Shown here piece after piece: positions 49,726 to 62,664 of a DNA stretch of 64,000 bases. The position numbers were made by a program, and so were the translations under genes. The notes beneath the pieces were generated by a model. It saw nothing but the letters and a program-made list of their open reading frames with translations. It was not told the DNA's origin and did no database searches. Numbering within the stretch: position 1 is the first letter of the stretch; every line of letters starts with the position of its first letter. The stretch comes from Takakia lepidozioides (taxonomy: Eukaryota > Plantae > Bryophyta). Location: positions 5,456,001-5,520,000 of the forward strand of contig CM060732.1 of NCBI GenBank assembly GCA_030704615.1, read 5' to 3'.

Positions 49726-52489
49726 TCTGCGTTACAGGTCTTTTACATATCCATCACCTCTCCAGGTTTCACTGCTTACCACACCCTGGTTTTGTAAGAG
49801 AAATGTTTGTATGCCTCACATTGCATTATGTGTCAGGGGCTTGGAGGAAAGGCAAACGAAGCACCAGTTGTAAGTCCAAGAAAAAGCAATCAACAGGGGT
49901 TCGAAAGCAGGTAACGGTTACCTTAATGCCGTGGTTTGTTTGATTCATGTGGAGCTTGTGTGACATTGCTACTTGAGGGGTTGACATTGTTGTCGGCAGG
50001 TCAGTAGCAGAGCTGAATCCCACGAGCAACCAAGGTCTGCAACCACAAGAGGCACCATTGACGTGCAGAATGGGGTATAGCCGGGGAACACCTGTAGAAC
50101 TTAAGGTAGTAGCGTATGTCTGCGCATTTTGGCTTTGAATTTGCAGGTTGCTGCGAGTTTTCACTTACTTTTTGCAGAGTGCAGATTCCCAAATGACTTG
50201 TGTATCCATTTCCATTGCGTATGAGTAAAATGGTTACAACAATTCTCATAGCTATGGTTCTGTAGTATCACCAGTTGATTGCTATTTGCCTATCTTCCTC
50301 CTTCGCGACTGCCTACCTCAATGCTATCTTGTAGTAGTATCACATATCCATTAATATTGTAACTGCATGCCAGCAAAACTGGGGGGTTGTGTATTATACA
50401 GGTATTAGTTTGGTATATGTATCAATGTCCATACATTGATATGACCCAATGAAAATGAGCAGGCCTCTGACATCCCCAATGACCATGCAACACCTGGCAT
50501 GCTTCTATCCTCCAGTAGACCTTCACTGTCATTGAGGGACGGAATCAAAACTTCAAACACCTGTAGGACACGGTCTCCTTCACGCCAACTGGGGCCGAAA
50601 TATAGAGTACGATTGCTCCTTGGAGCGTGGAATCACTCCTACTGGAGTTACAAAGTTTCCATGGTAGGTCACATTTTTTAGTTAGGCAGATGCATGCTTT
50701 GGCGCTGGTCACTTCCCCTGCTCTCTTTTTATTCCCATGCACACTTTCTAGTCCCTCCACACTGACGCCTTTGGAATTGGGACTAGGCAGTGGTGCTGTT
50801 TTAGGCAACTGCATGGCCTGGGGGTTTGTAAGCTTGTGATGCCGCATGTTCTCCTGGCCCTACATTGCACCTCCTCATTAATTTTTGTCAGGCTTTCATC
50901 CCTAGTCATTAGTGTAGACGGTGGGAGGCCGTTATACAGCCTGACGCATACTATGTTTGAGTTAACCTAGATATGGGGTGGCCACATCTGGGCCCTTCAT
51001 TGCTCTATGACTTTGTAATTCGGCCCACCCGTGGCACGCCGCCACGTGGGGGTGCAGCTCTACCTTGGGTTTTTGGTATATGATTCATTCTGATCTCGGG
51101 TCAAGGGTTTTTTCTCGTATGTACAACCTGGTGTACAAGGTATGGTGACAGAGCTCTGGATGTCACAATGTGTACATGCTTGACGTTCGTACAACTTGCG
51201 TTGTGCTCCTCTACGTGTGTGTCTCTCCTCCTGCAATAGCAAAGTTTGCTTTTTCGAGACTACACAACCCCTAATTAAGCGAGCCCTTAGAGGATAGGCG
51301 AATCTCATCCAGGCTCAAAAGATTGTGGAGGCTGCGCGGGTAGTTGAGGTGGCTGCGTACTAAGCAATTTCTACGTTGATCACCCCTATTCATAACCTCC
51401 GCTCTACCCTATCTAAAGAAGCGCTGTTCTAACCGACTAAACTATTCCGACATGCGGATTCTGATTCCGCTGCTCTACTAATCTGCCACTTCCTGGGTGT
51501 CGCGCCAACAAACAAGCCACTGCATCTGTTAGTCACACCAAACAGCATATCCAAAAATGGACACACTCCGCAGTACTTCACCATAAACTGTCCAACCACT
51601 TCTGGCACACTAAAGCCGCTTCCGATGCACAAATTCGACAAACACTTAAGTTTAGATTCGCCCAGTATATGGGGCACCAACGTAAGCATATCTTTTGATC
51701 AACCATTTTTACATCCTCACACTGCCCCCTCTGCTCCCATATAAATGCGGTACGAGACACTTGGCCTCATATTCTCAGCAAATGCCCCCACCCAATCATA
51801 CGTGGCCTTCGCATTTCCAGACATAATCAAGCCGTATGGCACATCCACAAACTATTACAACGACATAAATAAACCAGATGGTTCTCACTCATCAATGCGG
51901 GCACTTACTAAGGCAGACCCCCAAACCATACAGTACCAACCTCGGGGGCGTGCTAGATTGTGAGCAGCTCACGTGAGCAGAAAAAACTGTGAGCACGATT
52001 CTGCTCACAGTTTTCGCCCTATTGCCCCAGACCTGTACCTAGTGGAAGCCCTATTACCGTGGGCTTCAAGCATCGAAAATGGAGCATTTTTTTTAAAGAG
52101 TGAGCCTGCGGGTTAGCAGCACATTGTGGAGTGGTTGATTGATGTTTGAGTGTGTTTTGAAAAGGAGTTGGATGAAAGGAGTGGATGAACGATGGATGAA
52201 TGTGCGATGAGAAAAGATGGATAAGAAAGAGAGTGGATGAATGAAAACGAACTCAGACCGGGGACTGCTAAAGGAAGCCCGAAAACACATCTTCAAACAT
52301 GCAAGGCGGGGAAACTGGTGGTTTATAAATGTCTGTCTTAAAACAAATGAGTCATTCCGAAAAGGCACTTCCACTGCTATCTGATTTTGAGCCCAAAACT
52401 GATGCAGAACTGTCTATAAAGATACTAGCCCGGCTCCGCACAAAACCACCTCTATCGCGGACCACAGGAGGGGGAGATGAGAAGAAACG

Positions 52490-52661
52490 AATGTGCCAGA
52501 TTAAGGTGGCGTCGACGCCACCTTGAAGCCACCTTAATCTGGATGGTCTTCTGGGCTGGAATTAAGCTCCAACAGGGGCTGGGAATTAAGGTGGCGTTGA
52601 CGCCACCTTAATGCCGAGCCTGTTTCCCTCTACGAACATGGCTGCTCGCCAAGGCTTTTAT

Positions 52662-52692
<31 letters not shown>

Positions 52693-53470
52693 GGGGTGAA
52701 TTGTCATGTTCCAATAGGGGCTGGGAATTAAGGTGTCGTTGACGACACCTTAATCTGGCACATTCGGGAAAAGAAAAAAAAGAAAAAAAGAAAAAAAGAA
52801 AAACAATTTTTTTTTAATTTTTTAATTTTTCCCTTCCGAATGTGCCAGATTAAGGTGTCGTCAACGACACCTTAATTCCCAGCCCCTGTTGGAACATGAC
52901 AATTCACCTGCCACCTTAATCTGGTTGGTCTTCTGGGCTGGAATTAAGCTCTAACAAGGACTGGGAATTATGGTGTCGTCAACGACACCTTAATTCCCAG
53001 CCCCTGTTGGAACATGACAATTCACGTGTCACCTTAATCTGGTTGGTCTTCTGGGCTGGAATTAAGCTCTAACAGGGGCTGAGAATTAAGGTGTCGTTGA
53101 GGACACCTTAATCTGGAACATTCGGGGGGTCCCAAAAAATAAATAAATAAATAAATAAATATCCTTCCGAATGTGCCAGATTAAGGTGTCGTCAACGACA
53201 CCTTAATTCCCAACCCCTGTTGGAACATGACAATTCACCTGCCACCTTAATCCGGTTGGTCTTCTAGGGTGGAATTAAGCTATAACAGGGATTGAGAATT
53301 AAGGTAGCGTTGACGCCACCTTAATGCCGAGCCTGTTTCCCTCTACGAGCATGGCTCTTGAGTCCTCGCCAAGGCTTTTATTTCATTTTTTTATTTTTAT
53401 TTTTATTTTTGGGGTGAATTGTCATGTTTCTTGTGAGGGCTGTGAATGACGCCACCTTAATGCCTAGCCT
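52490..53470. repeat. Second palindrome family ATTAAGGTGKCGTYRACGMCACCTTAAT, about 9 copies within inverted and tandem blocks
   Basis: Copies near 52500, 52584, 52726, 52849, 52965, 53085, 53180, 53297, partial 53447. Confidence 0.9.
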
Positions 53471-53944
53471 GTTTCAATGGTAGAACATGGCTGTTCGCTT
53501 AGGTTTGGTTTTAATTTTAAATGTTTTAATTGGTTTTTGGGTTGGATGCCCATGTGCCATTTGAATTAGGGTTACCGTTTTGGGTTTCTGGCTTTCGTTT
53601 CTGCTTTGGGGTTTGAGGTTTGGGTTTTGGGGTTTATCATTGCGGGCATGGGTTTTCGGTTTATGGTTTTCCATGGGGGTTTGAAATTGGGTTGCGGGAT
53701 CAGTGTTTGTAGTTACAGTTTCCCCGTGTTTCCCCGGGTATGGAATTTGTCGTCAATGCCGTGTTTGTCGTACAATCAATTTTATTTCAGTCCATGCATC
53801 CTCCACTCTTCAGGACTCACGTTCATCCCACATTCATCCATCATCCATCCATCACCTTCTTTCATTCATCCATGCCTCTTTCATCCGTCCGTTTTTTATG
53901 ACATATTCATTCAGAACAGTTTGCGTCCACGACAATAGGCCCTG

Positions 53945-54415
53945 TAGCCCAGCCACATTGCCGTACACATCGGGGTTTCCGTCACAATAAATACGGGCAC
54001 CACGGCCCAATTTTGTTGTCCTTACATCATTGTCGTTCACAAGAAGGATGTAAGGACGAATCAAGGACCCTGGGCTGTGTGTCTGCAATAATTGCCACTT
54101 CCGGTGGGTGTACTTCGGCCCAAAATAGGGGAACAAATCCACAGAATCCTCTCCTCTCCCCAAAACTACATCCTCCATAAAAAAAAATCCGCGACCCATA
54201 CTAGGGTCCATTGCAAGCATCACGCAATACATGCGAGGGCTCAGCCTCGGCAATGGGAACTGGATAAGGCACAAGACATTCGCCAACGTGTTTTGGGATG
54301 AGCGCCATGACGGGGATCGTAGATTGTCCCCTCACATCACCACTTTTGTGATGACATGTGCGAGGAAGACCATTAGGGATGGAGATGAGTTGTTTGCAGA
54401 GTATGACTTTAGGCG
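53945..54415. pseudogene. SET-domain gene remnant split by an inversion (N-half minus strand, C-half plus strand)
   Basis: Minus: MGRGFFF..DLFPYFGPKY..PYIL..IYCDGNPDVYGNVAG; plus: FANVFW..FVMTCARKTIRDGDELFAEYDF (SET GxEL..xY terminus). Confidence 0.7.
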
Positions 54416-54814
54416 TTAGCCGAGTTTCATCATGTGTAGATGGACGTAGGAAGACATTTTGTACATTGAGGTGGCTTCCTCCACTATATATATATATATA
54501 TATATATACAGATGCATTGATGTGTATTTGGGTGCATTTTTTCATGCTATATTCAAGGGAGTTTTGGTGGATGCTATATGTGAATTAGGGTGTTTTGAAT
54601 TTTATAGTGTTTCCTTCATGTGGTGGACTCCTATCGTGAATAGCTCCCTAGCACTATTATGAAGTATGGTGCCGTCATCAGGCCGACGAAGTTGCGGACC
54701 AATTGTGCGAAACAACTTCGGTCCACCTCTCCTAGGGGGCGGTGCCCGGCCATCTCTTCGCGGGGGGGGGGGGGGGGGGGGGCTCCCGGAGTGGAAACCT
54801 AGTGATCCATCGGT

Positions 54815-55911
54815 CCCATCATGACTACCACAATATATTGCAAGACATCTTGCCCATTGCAGTACGTGGGACTCTGACTCCCAATGTTCGCGATACAGTC
54901 TATAGATGGGAGCCTTCATCTGGTGGATTTGCTCCAAAGAGCTGGAGGAAGCGGATTATCCACGCATGAAGAAAGAGGCGACGGAGGTCACGTGTATGTT
55001 GGAGATGCACCTTCCTCCCTCCTTCTTTGACATCCAAGTGCACTTGGTAGTGCACTTAGTGGAAGAGGCTTCGATTGCCGGCCCCATTCATTCTCGGTGG
55101 ATATACTACCTTGAGGTTTAGAAGAATCTGTACGAGTCACATGAGTTATTTCATCTGGAAGAAGTTCGGGCAAACGCTGCTTTACATGAAGACTTTGAAA
55201 GCACATGTAAGACAAATGGCGCACCCGAAGGGTAGCATGGTAGAGGGGTATACATTGCAAGAGACCATGTTCTACTGCATGGAGTACATGGCAAGGGTGG
55301 ATAAAGAAGCCCCTCGGATGTGGAAGGAAAATGAGGATGTACGAACCAAGGACATCGTTTTGCCCAAAACCTCAAAGAGGGTAAAATTACCCATCATGGT
55401 GATTGAGGAAGTGCATGAGTTTGTACTGAAGAACAGCCCATCCATACATGAGTGGGAGGCAAGATACAATAACCTTGTTCAGCCACGACAAGAGGAGACG
55501 CTTGCGTGGAGGTAGAACCATGCAAAAGAGACTAGACGTGCTCCACGAGCAGCGGACCGACGTGGGAATTTTTCTTCACAAGATTTGCCCATAGAATTGC
55601 AGCCTCTAAGTTCATTCCACCATTGGCTTTGGACTGCAGTTGAGGACGTCATTGCTCAAGGTGAGGTGGTTTCAGATTTGGTGTAAGACATTGCAAGGGG
55701 CCCTTCTCAATTCGCGACCTCATACATGGCGGTTTGATTCACGGTCGTCATTTCCCCATTCGTGCTCTTGATATGAAGCGCAAAACAACGTTTGATTCTG
55801 GCTTGTGCGCCACATATTGGCAAGACTCCGTGTGGGGCGGGGGAGATACACGACCTACACAGAGCACACGTTGGATTTTTATTTTTTTATTGTTTCTTTT
55901 CAAAACCACCC

Positions 55912-55949
<38 letters not shown>

Positions 55950-56950
55950 CGGAGAACTGAGTGCGTCAACGCACTCAATTTCTTCATGATCATGATTTCA
56001 GGATGATCATCGATGACATCGACAACGGTGTTGTGCGGGTCTGGATTTTCACCTTGGGTACCCGGCGGATTGGGAGGGGGAAAAAAATAAAAATAAAAAA
56101 ATAAAAATTGTTTTTTTTGTCCCCCCCCTCGTGGAGAACTGAGTGCGTCAACGCACTCAATTTCTTCATGATCATGATTTCAGGATGATCATCGACGACA
56201 CCGACGACAGTGTTGTGCGGGTCCGGATTTTCACCCCGGGTACCCGGCGGGTTGGGGAAGGGGGGGAAAAAAAAAAAAAAAAAAACATTTTTTTTCTTGT
56301 TTTTGTTTTGTTCCCACCCCCCGCGGAGAACTGAGTGCGTCAACGCACTCAATTTCTTCATGATCATGATTTCAGGATGATCATCGACGACAGTGTTGTG
56401 TGGGTCCGGATTTTCACCCTGGGTACCCGGCGGGTTAGGGTCAGCTTTTTTTTTATTGGCAATTTTTCGCCATTTGGCCACCTGAAAATCCCCTTGGCGA
56501 ATGAAATAAAGGGAAAAATATATCCAAATAAGGCAGTTTTCGCCAAAAATTGGGGGTCTCAAAAAGGTCCTCGCCTGTGGACCCACGGGGGCAGCACAAA
56601 CGTAGCCATGGCGGGCCCCATGCAGGATGATCTGACTGGCCAGATGAGGAGTGGGTTCAGGATTGTGGTCATGATGATGCTGATGTTGGCGGAGGTTGGG
56701 TAAAGGGGGTACAAGAAGATGATGACGCCCCGGAGAATGCATCCCGGACCCTAATATACAATGAGGCTCCATCAGATGCGGATGTTGGAGACACGTTGGA
56801 GAAGAAGATGAAGACATGGTCATTGAAAACGAGGTGGGAGATGATTCAGATGTGCCTTTTGCTGACCCGGCCATTTATGATGATGACTTGGATAACCAAG
56901 ACGACTTGCAGCTTGATGAGCACGAAGAAGCTCCGGATGTGGAGTGATCT
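54815..56950 (+). mobile_element. CACTA (En/Spm) Tnp2-like transposase C-terminal remnant (DUF4218/DUF4216-type regions)
   Basis: HDYHNILQDILPIAVRG; CMLEMHLPPSFFDIQVHLVVHLVEE..GPIHSRWIY; YMKTLKAHVRQMAHPKGSMVEGY; GRHF.I..D.KRKTTFDSG; acidic tail ending near 56948. Confidence 0.85.
55950..56440 (+). repeat. Three tandem units of about 190 bp, each with hairpin TGAGTGCGTCAACGCACTCA and TCATGATCATGA
   Basis: Units start near 55950, 56133, 56325, separated by homopolymer tracts. Confidence 0.85.
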
Positions 56951-57924
56951 TTTATTTGCACTGGCCTCACTTTGTACTTCACAACATACAATATTGTTCG
57001 CTTTTGTCAATTCTCATATATCATTTTATCTAAAATCTTTCTAAACTTCTATTGTTCTCTAAATAGCGGCTCCAATTGACCCTTGTCTTTTCAAGACCTT
57101 GGCCCTTTCGGGGTCAGCGCGTCCGGCGCGCCGGGGGTGTTTATGGGCGTCGGTACACCCCTCTAAATTGGTCTCGGATAATCGATCTTTATGTAGGAGT
57201 ACACCACTCTACCTCATGAACGTATTCTTGCGTGATGAGTGATCCCCATTGGTTCATCGACGACACTATGAATGTACGTATAAGGTAGGAACCATCTTAA
57301 CATTGATCACGTTAACCGGCGTGCAAGATAGTCCTGTTATACAACAAGAGAGAAGGAGCACTATAAAGATTGGTAGAAGGGGATCCAGTGACCCTGGCCT
57401 CTGCCATGACCTTTGCAAAGAGACACTGAACGGGGTGTCTCTGCGACTCCCGGATCACGTCGCAGTCCCTCCAGGACATCGCAAACCCGTCGCAATACCG
57501 TTGACTGACGGCTTCTGGGAGTCACAACCCCCGCGAGGTGGCGTGCCCTCGCCACGTGGCGGCCAAAAGGGAAATGACAACCTTGCGACTCCCCGACGTC
57601 GAAGGCCTGCTAGAGCGTCGCAAGGCCGTGGAAGCGACGACTAGCCGTGGAAGCGACGACTAGCTGGGCGGCCAAGGGGAAATGGCGACTTTGCGACTCC
57701 CCGACGTCGCAGGCCTTCTGGGACGTCGCAGTACCCTCTCGCCTGGGGGTCTAGGATTGGATATTTTTGGTACATAATGATTTTTTTTTTGCTCAAATTT
57801 GTTCTGTGAATTCAACCCTTGCACCACTACATCCGTGCAAAAGATTGGGACCCCCCCCCCAAAATAAATAAGTAAAATATAAATATAAATATATTCACTC
57901 ACTATTGCAGAACTCTCTATGCAG

Positions 57925-58565
57925 AGTGCATGAAGTTGAAGAGAACTCAAATTTGGAGTACAAATGAGGGAAGAAAATACGGTTTTGGGTCCAGATGACT
58001 TTTGTTTACTCCCAATTTTTGCACGTACATTGCATATGTTGTCATTAAGTATATGGCTTGAGAATGGAATTAAAAATAAATCGTGTGCAGACGGAACGCA
58101 GTTTTTAGTCTCTACGACACGTAGTTGCGTTCAAATCTTGAATGACCCATTGAATGAATTTGGTTCAAGCTCATATTTCGTCCACATGTGCTTAAGTATG
58201 TTCAGATGACATATGCAAAGTCGCAAATGACGAGCATTACAAAAGAAATATTCACCCCCGACGTCGTAGGCCTTGCATGAAGTTGAAGAAAACTCTACCT
58301 TGAAGAGCGAATGAGGGAAGAAAATATGGTTTTGGATGACTTTTGTTCACAACCAAATTTTGCACGCACATTACACACGCTGTCATTAAGCATGTGGTTT
58401 GAGAATGGGGGAAAAAATAAATCGTGTGAAACCACGGGTGTACTAGATCCTTCCAAATTTCGAAAGGATTGTCAATTCAAAGTACACACCACTTCTTGGG
58501 TGGGGATCATGTCATTCGAGATAAGGCTCACCGAGGTTCTCTAGAAGTTATCTGATGTATCTTGA
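57925..58565. repeat. Dispersed repeat, same family as 42585-44665
   Basis: CTTGAATGACCCATTGAATGAA.TTGGTTCAAGCTCATATTT shared with about 42590; reverse complement of ATACATCAGATAACTTCTAGAGAACCTCGG near 58530. Confidence 0.7.
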
Positions 58566-58689
58566 CAACCAGCAGGTAGCCCAGTGGTAATGGGCACATA
58601 CCACATTGGGTGTGGTTATGGGTTCAAACCACGGTCTTAGCGCATTGTCCAAAGAGTCTTGGGCTACAAAGGAGAGACCATTCTAGATA

Positions 58690-59100
58690 TTATGGATTTG
58701 GCAGACTCCTTTGTAGTCCCAGGATGACCAACGTTTGTTGTCTGTCAATTGGAGAGGGAGAAAGCATTGAGTAATAGAAATCTCCTGAGGGTTTCATGGG
58801 TTTTTTTTATATAGTAGGTATCTGAATTTTTGCCAAGACACCCATATGGCCTTCCATACATTGGAGCCCGTTATTTTATGCTCATGCGTTATCCAACAAA
58901 TGGATGTGTACCACTGGGAAGCAACTAAAGGCGAGTTGGAGGTAATACTGTCCATGACCAGGAGCTTCCACCTGCCCCCCTTTGGTCCTAGAATCCTTGG
59001 CAACCATTTCCCTAGGAGGGCATTGATTTGCATGGCAGGACTCAGCACCCCCAAACCTCCCATTTTCTTTTCCTGTGATTACTCTCATTTACAGTACCAT
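58690..59100 (-). mobile_element. L1/Tx1-type LINE ORF2 fragment
   Basis: GGLGVLSPAMQINALLGKWLPRIL..WK..SNVWKAIWVSW post-RT motif. Confidence 0.7.
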
Positions 59101-61691
59101 CAATTTTTTATATCTCATGATATATCATATCATTTTGTTTTTGGTTATGCAGACATGGCACATACGCAGCTCTTCAAATGCATCGCCGACATGCTTGGTG
59201 AGATGTCATGGTTTCATGAAGGAATGAGCATACTATTTGGCTGAAGGAATCATTTTTCCCCTCCAAATGTGTTCTCACGGGGCTAATATAATCTACCTCG
59301 TCCAAATTGCACGTTGAGAAGGGTGCTTCAGCCCGGTGTGGAAGCCTCTAGTTGCGCATCATCATCACCACGAATGTTGGTTTCACAAAAGAAGGGTGTA
59401 CAAGGCAGCTTGGTGAAAGCAAGATTTTGGTTTGGAGTGTGCTTCCAAACGGGTTTCTATAGATGGTTGGAGTACAAAAGTTAGCAACCATTGAGAAGCC
59501 TTCGAACGTGCATCATTGTCTTCATTTCCATGCCTTTCATATATGTTAGATGAACCATCTGAGGGTAAACTCGGGATAATCAGTCTTCATGGGACGTCCG
59601 CAATGAGGTCTGCAGATGCAACTACCCAGATTACAAGCAGAAAAGAAGGGCTGAGAACAAGGTTGGTGAGACCTAGGTAATCCCAAGATGGTGCTTGCTT
59701 GACCTACGAGGGATTGCTTAGGTTTATCATACATTTCTGATCTCCAACTTTTGTAAGCATTGGCACATAACAAACTCGTGGATACTGAGCTATGGGAGGA
59801 GTAAGAACGACAATCAAGTGTTGAAGCAAAGTTTGGAATTCTTGGAGTGCTAAGCCCTGGTCTGTTGAAGCCATAAAGTACCTCCGGAAAATATCCAAAT
59901 GAGTCAATCACTGGTCTGCTCATGTTGTGAAGACCGTTGCCATGACATGACAGCAGCTATGCCGCAAAATTTTACACTCCATGTGCACACTCTTTCCCTC
60001 ACAGACAACCACACTTCATCTGTGTCCATTTCAAGAACAAATAGCTTTTTACTTTGTACTACTATGCACACAAACCACTCATATATTGAACAAACATGGT
60101 CAAGACCTTACAATAGACATACGAAGTTATAAGCACAATAGTAACCATCCCTCCCAACCTAACCTGAGAATATGTTCTGCTCCATTCAACTAAATCTATC
60201 ACTAAACCTCACACACCATGCCGCTCGACCAAATCCACTCCTGAAGCCACACCAACAGTTGACATCTTGAACACAAAACACCGCTTGTCGTTGCTTTCTT
60301 GCCTAACTTATCCAGCCTTAGTTCAATAGACTGTTGCGTCTGTCACAAATTAAGGCACTAGAGAAGTATGGTCCAAAAATAGGCAATGCATACACCGCTT
60401 CCTTTAACCTCCCCCATCTACCTGGGTTAGTTGCCATTTTTATACAGGTCCAGCTTTGAGTGGGGATGATATAGTCAGTGGCAACCATAACACCCAACAT
60501 TGCCCTACGGACCCCCCAATAATGAATGTGGTGTTATAGTCTGTGGCGACTACAACACCTCACCTGCAGGCCATAGTCATAGGCGTTCCACCTCCTATTT
60601 CCGTGGACTGTTACCAAGATGCATGAAGTTGGCAGTTTTGCTTGCCGACCTCCACCTTCGAGGTGGTTCGGTGTAGGTTCAGGCGAGGATCGGGAACCTC
60701 TGTATTGCTCATGCGCTCACCGCTCATGCTCATGGATTTGCTAGTTGCAACAGTGGCTAGGCAACATGAGCCGCAGCAGAAGCAGGAAAACATCATGATA
60801 CCTAGACTGGACCTAGTAACTTATTTTTTGCTTTCCCTTCTCATCAGCCCGTGACCATTGTTCAGACAAGATATCGTGACCCCGTGGGGTGGCGCGGCCT
60901 GGGGCACCTGCAATCCTCCGTCAGCCCGTTCGTATGCACAGCCATATCAGCGTTCGGACGATCTCACTATCACCTGGCCTGTCTCTACCATGCCATGCTC
61001 AACTCACTGATCGGGCAGTTTGCCATCTAATTCATGATCGTGCTAAATGACTAATCAATCTGCTTATCCCTTGGCTATGCCCTCATAAGTGCCGATTGCT
61101 CATCACTCCCCTTCCCATGTGCCCGTGTGCCTAGGCCATGACGTCGCTCTCGGTACCGTCACCTTTGGCATGCATCCCGGATGAATAGTTATGCAGTCCT
61201 CACGATTCACTCACTAATGCGATCACTTAGTGCTACCAGCGGAAATGCAAGCCTGTGTCCGATAAGCGACTATCCTTCTTTATATCTCGACAAAGACAAC
61301 CAACATGATGCTCAGCCTTCCTATGACTAAGGGTGGATCCAAGTCTGCATATATATTACTTCCTCACTAAAGTATAGTGCTAATCTCCTCCCTGATCTCC
61401 TCCTAAGTCCTTGCTATCTCCTCGACCTTCATCCTGCTCCGTCGTTCATTCATCCGTAGCCTCGTTTGCCCTCCTTAGTGAAAGCACGCATGTTGCGCCC
61501 CCCACCGATGAACTGCTTTTGATGCTAACTGTTCATAATCCGTTCATCCTGCAATAAAGTATTCATTGGCTGGTTAGCCTCATCCATCTTGTTCATTCAT
61601 TTCATCCGCACATGCCTTTGGCACATACATCACTGTTTTCCGCATTCATCCTCTCCAATTTCATTTTTTTTACGTCCGCCCATCATTCGTT

Positions 61692-62664
61692 TGATAAACC
61701 CCGAGGGTTTTATTAGGACTTGTTTTCCCGTTACAATAGACTTACTCACAAATAAAATGGTCCTGATTGTCCTAAAAACTTTTTTTCCTCTTTACGATGG
61801 CTGGGAGATGATAACGGCTATGCTACGAGGGCCATCTACAGCGAGGGTCACAACGGGACATACCGGGTAGTGATGGATGTACACTACCTGGCCATGGGCA
61901 GAAACGGCTAAGTACGCGGTACTTAGCAAATGGCGGAACAAGGGTACATTACCACGGGAGCAGTAGTGGGTAGTGTAGTAACCGTGGGCCGTGAACACGT
62001 TAGCATCGGCTTTAACCAATAGAGGGATTAGTGGACCGTTTACCACTATGGCTCACGACCACTGCAACGAGCTACTTTTTTAGCAAACCTTTTAGGTTGC
62101 GTAGGCAGTTAGGCAAACGGTCATTAACGACCGCAGACTGTAACGGCTCTTTCGAGCATAGTATAAAAAGGCTGCACGCAACTTAGAAGAGGGCAATATG
62201 AGTATCAGTGATCAGTGTGTATTCAGGGACTCAGAGTGATTCAATGTGTACTTCTGTGATGATATGACGAACTCTGAAGTAAAGCCATGCTATTCGAAGT
62301 ATCTCTGTGTAGAGTGAACGTGAGATGGAGAGAATGTGCATTATGAGAGAACGTGAGATGGTGAGAATGTGTATCATCTCAGGATAGTTCTTGTTTGCCT
62401 TAACTACCATTTGCTTAACGACTGCAGTCTTTTCAACTAAGATCTTTCATGCCACAAAGACTGTAAGTTGAGCTTAATCAATAGGATTAAGCAGCCTGCA
62501 GGGAGATGAATTCATACGATGTTCATGGTTTAGCCATCCTTTAAATGATTACTTCGTAATCGTTTCTGAAAGCATACCATCGGACAACCTCTGTTGCATG
62601 TCTTAGAAAATGGGCAGTAGTGTTGATAGCCTGTTTTGTCTAAGTCATAAACCAGCGGTTAACA
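61692..62664 (+). repeat. 5' LTR of a second Ty3/Gypsy element
   Basis: Starts TGATAAACC, ends GGTTAACA; TATAAAAAG at 62162; followed directly by PBS-like TTTGGCGACCATACTGGGGAC. Confidence 0.7.

Noticed and set aside
55914-55947. Poly-C, poly-G (54762-54782) and (TA)n, (AG)n tracts as functional elements
   Set aside because: Simple repeats whose lengths are unreliable in assemblies; no supporting context
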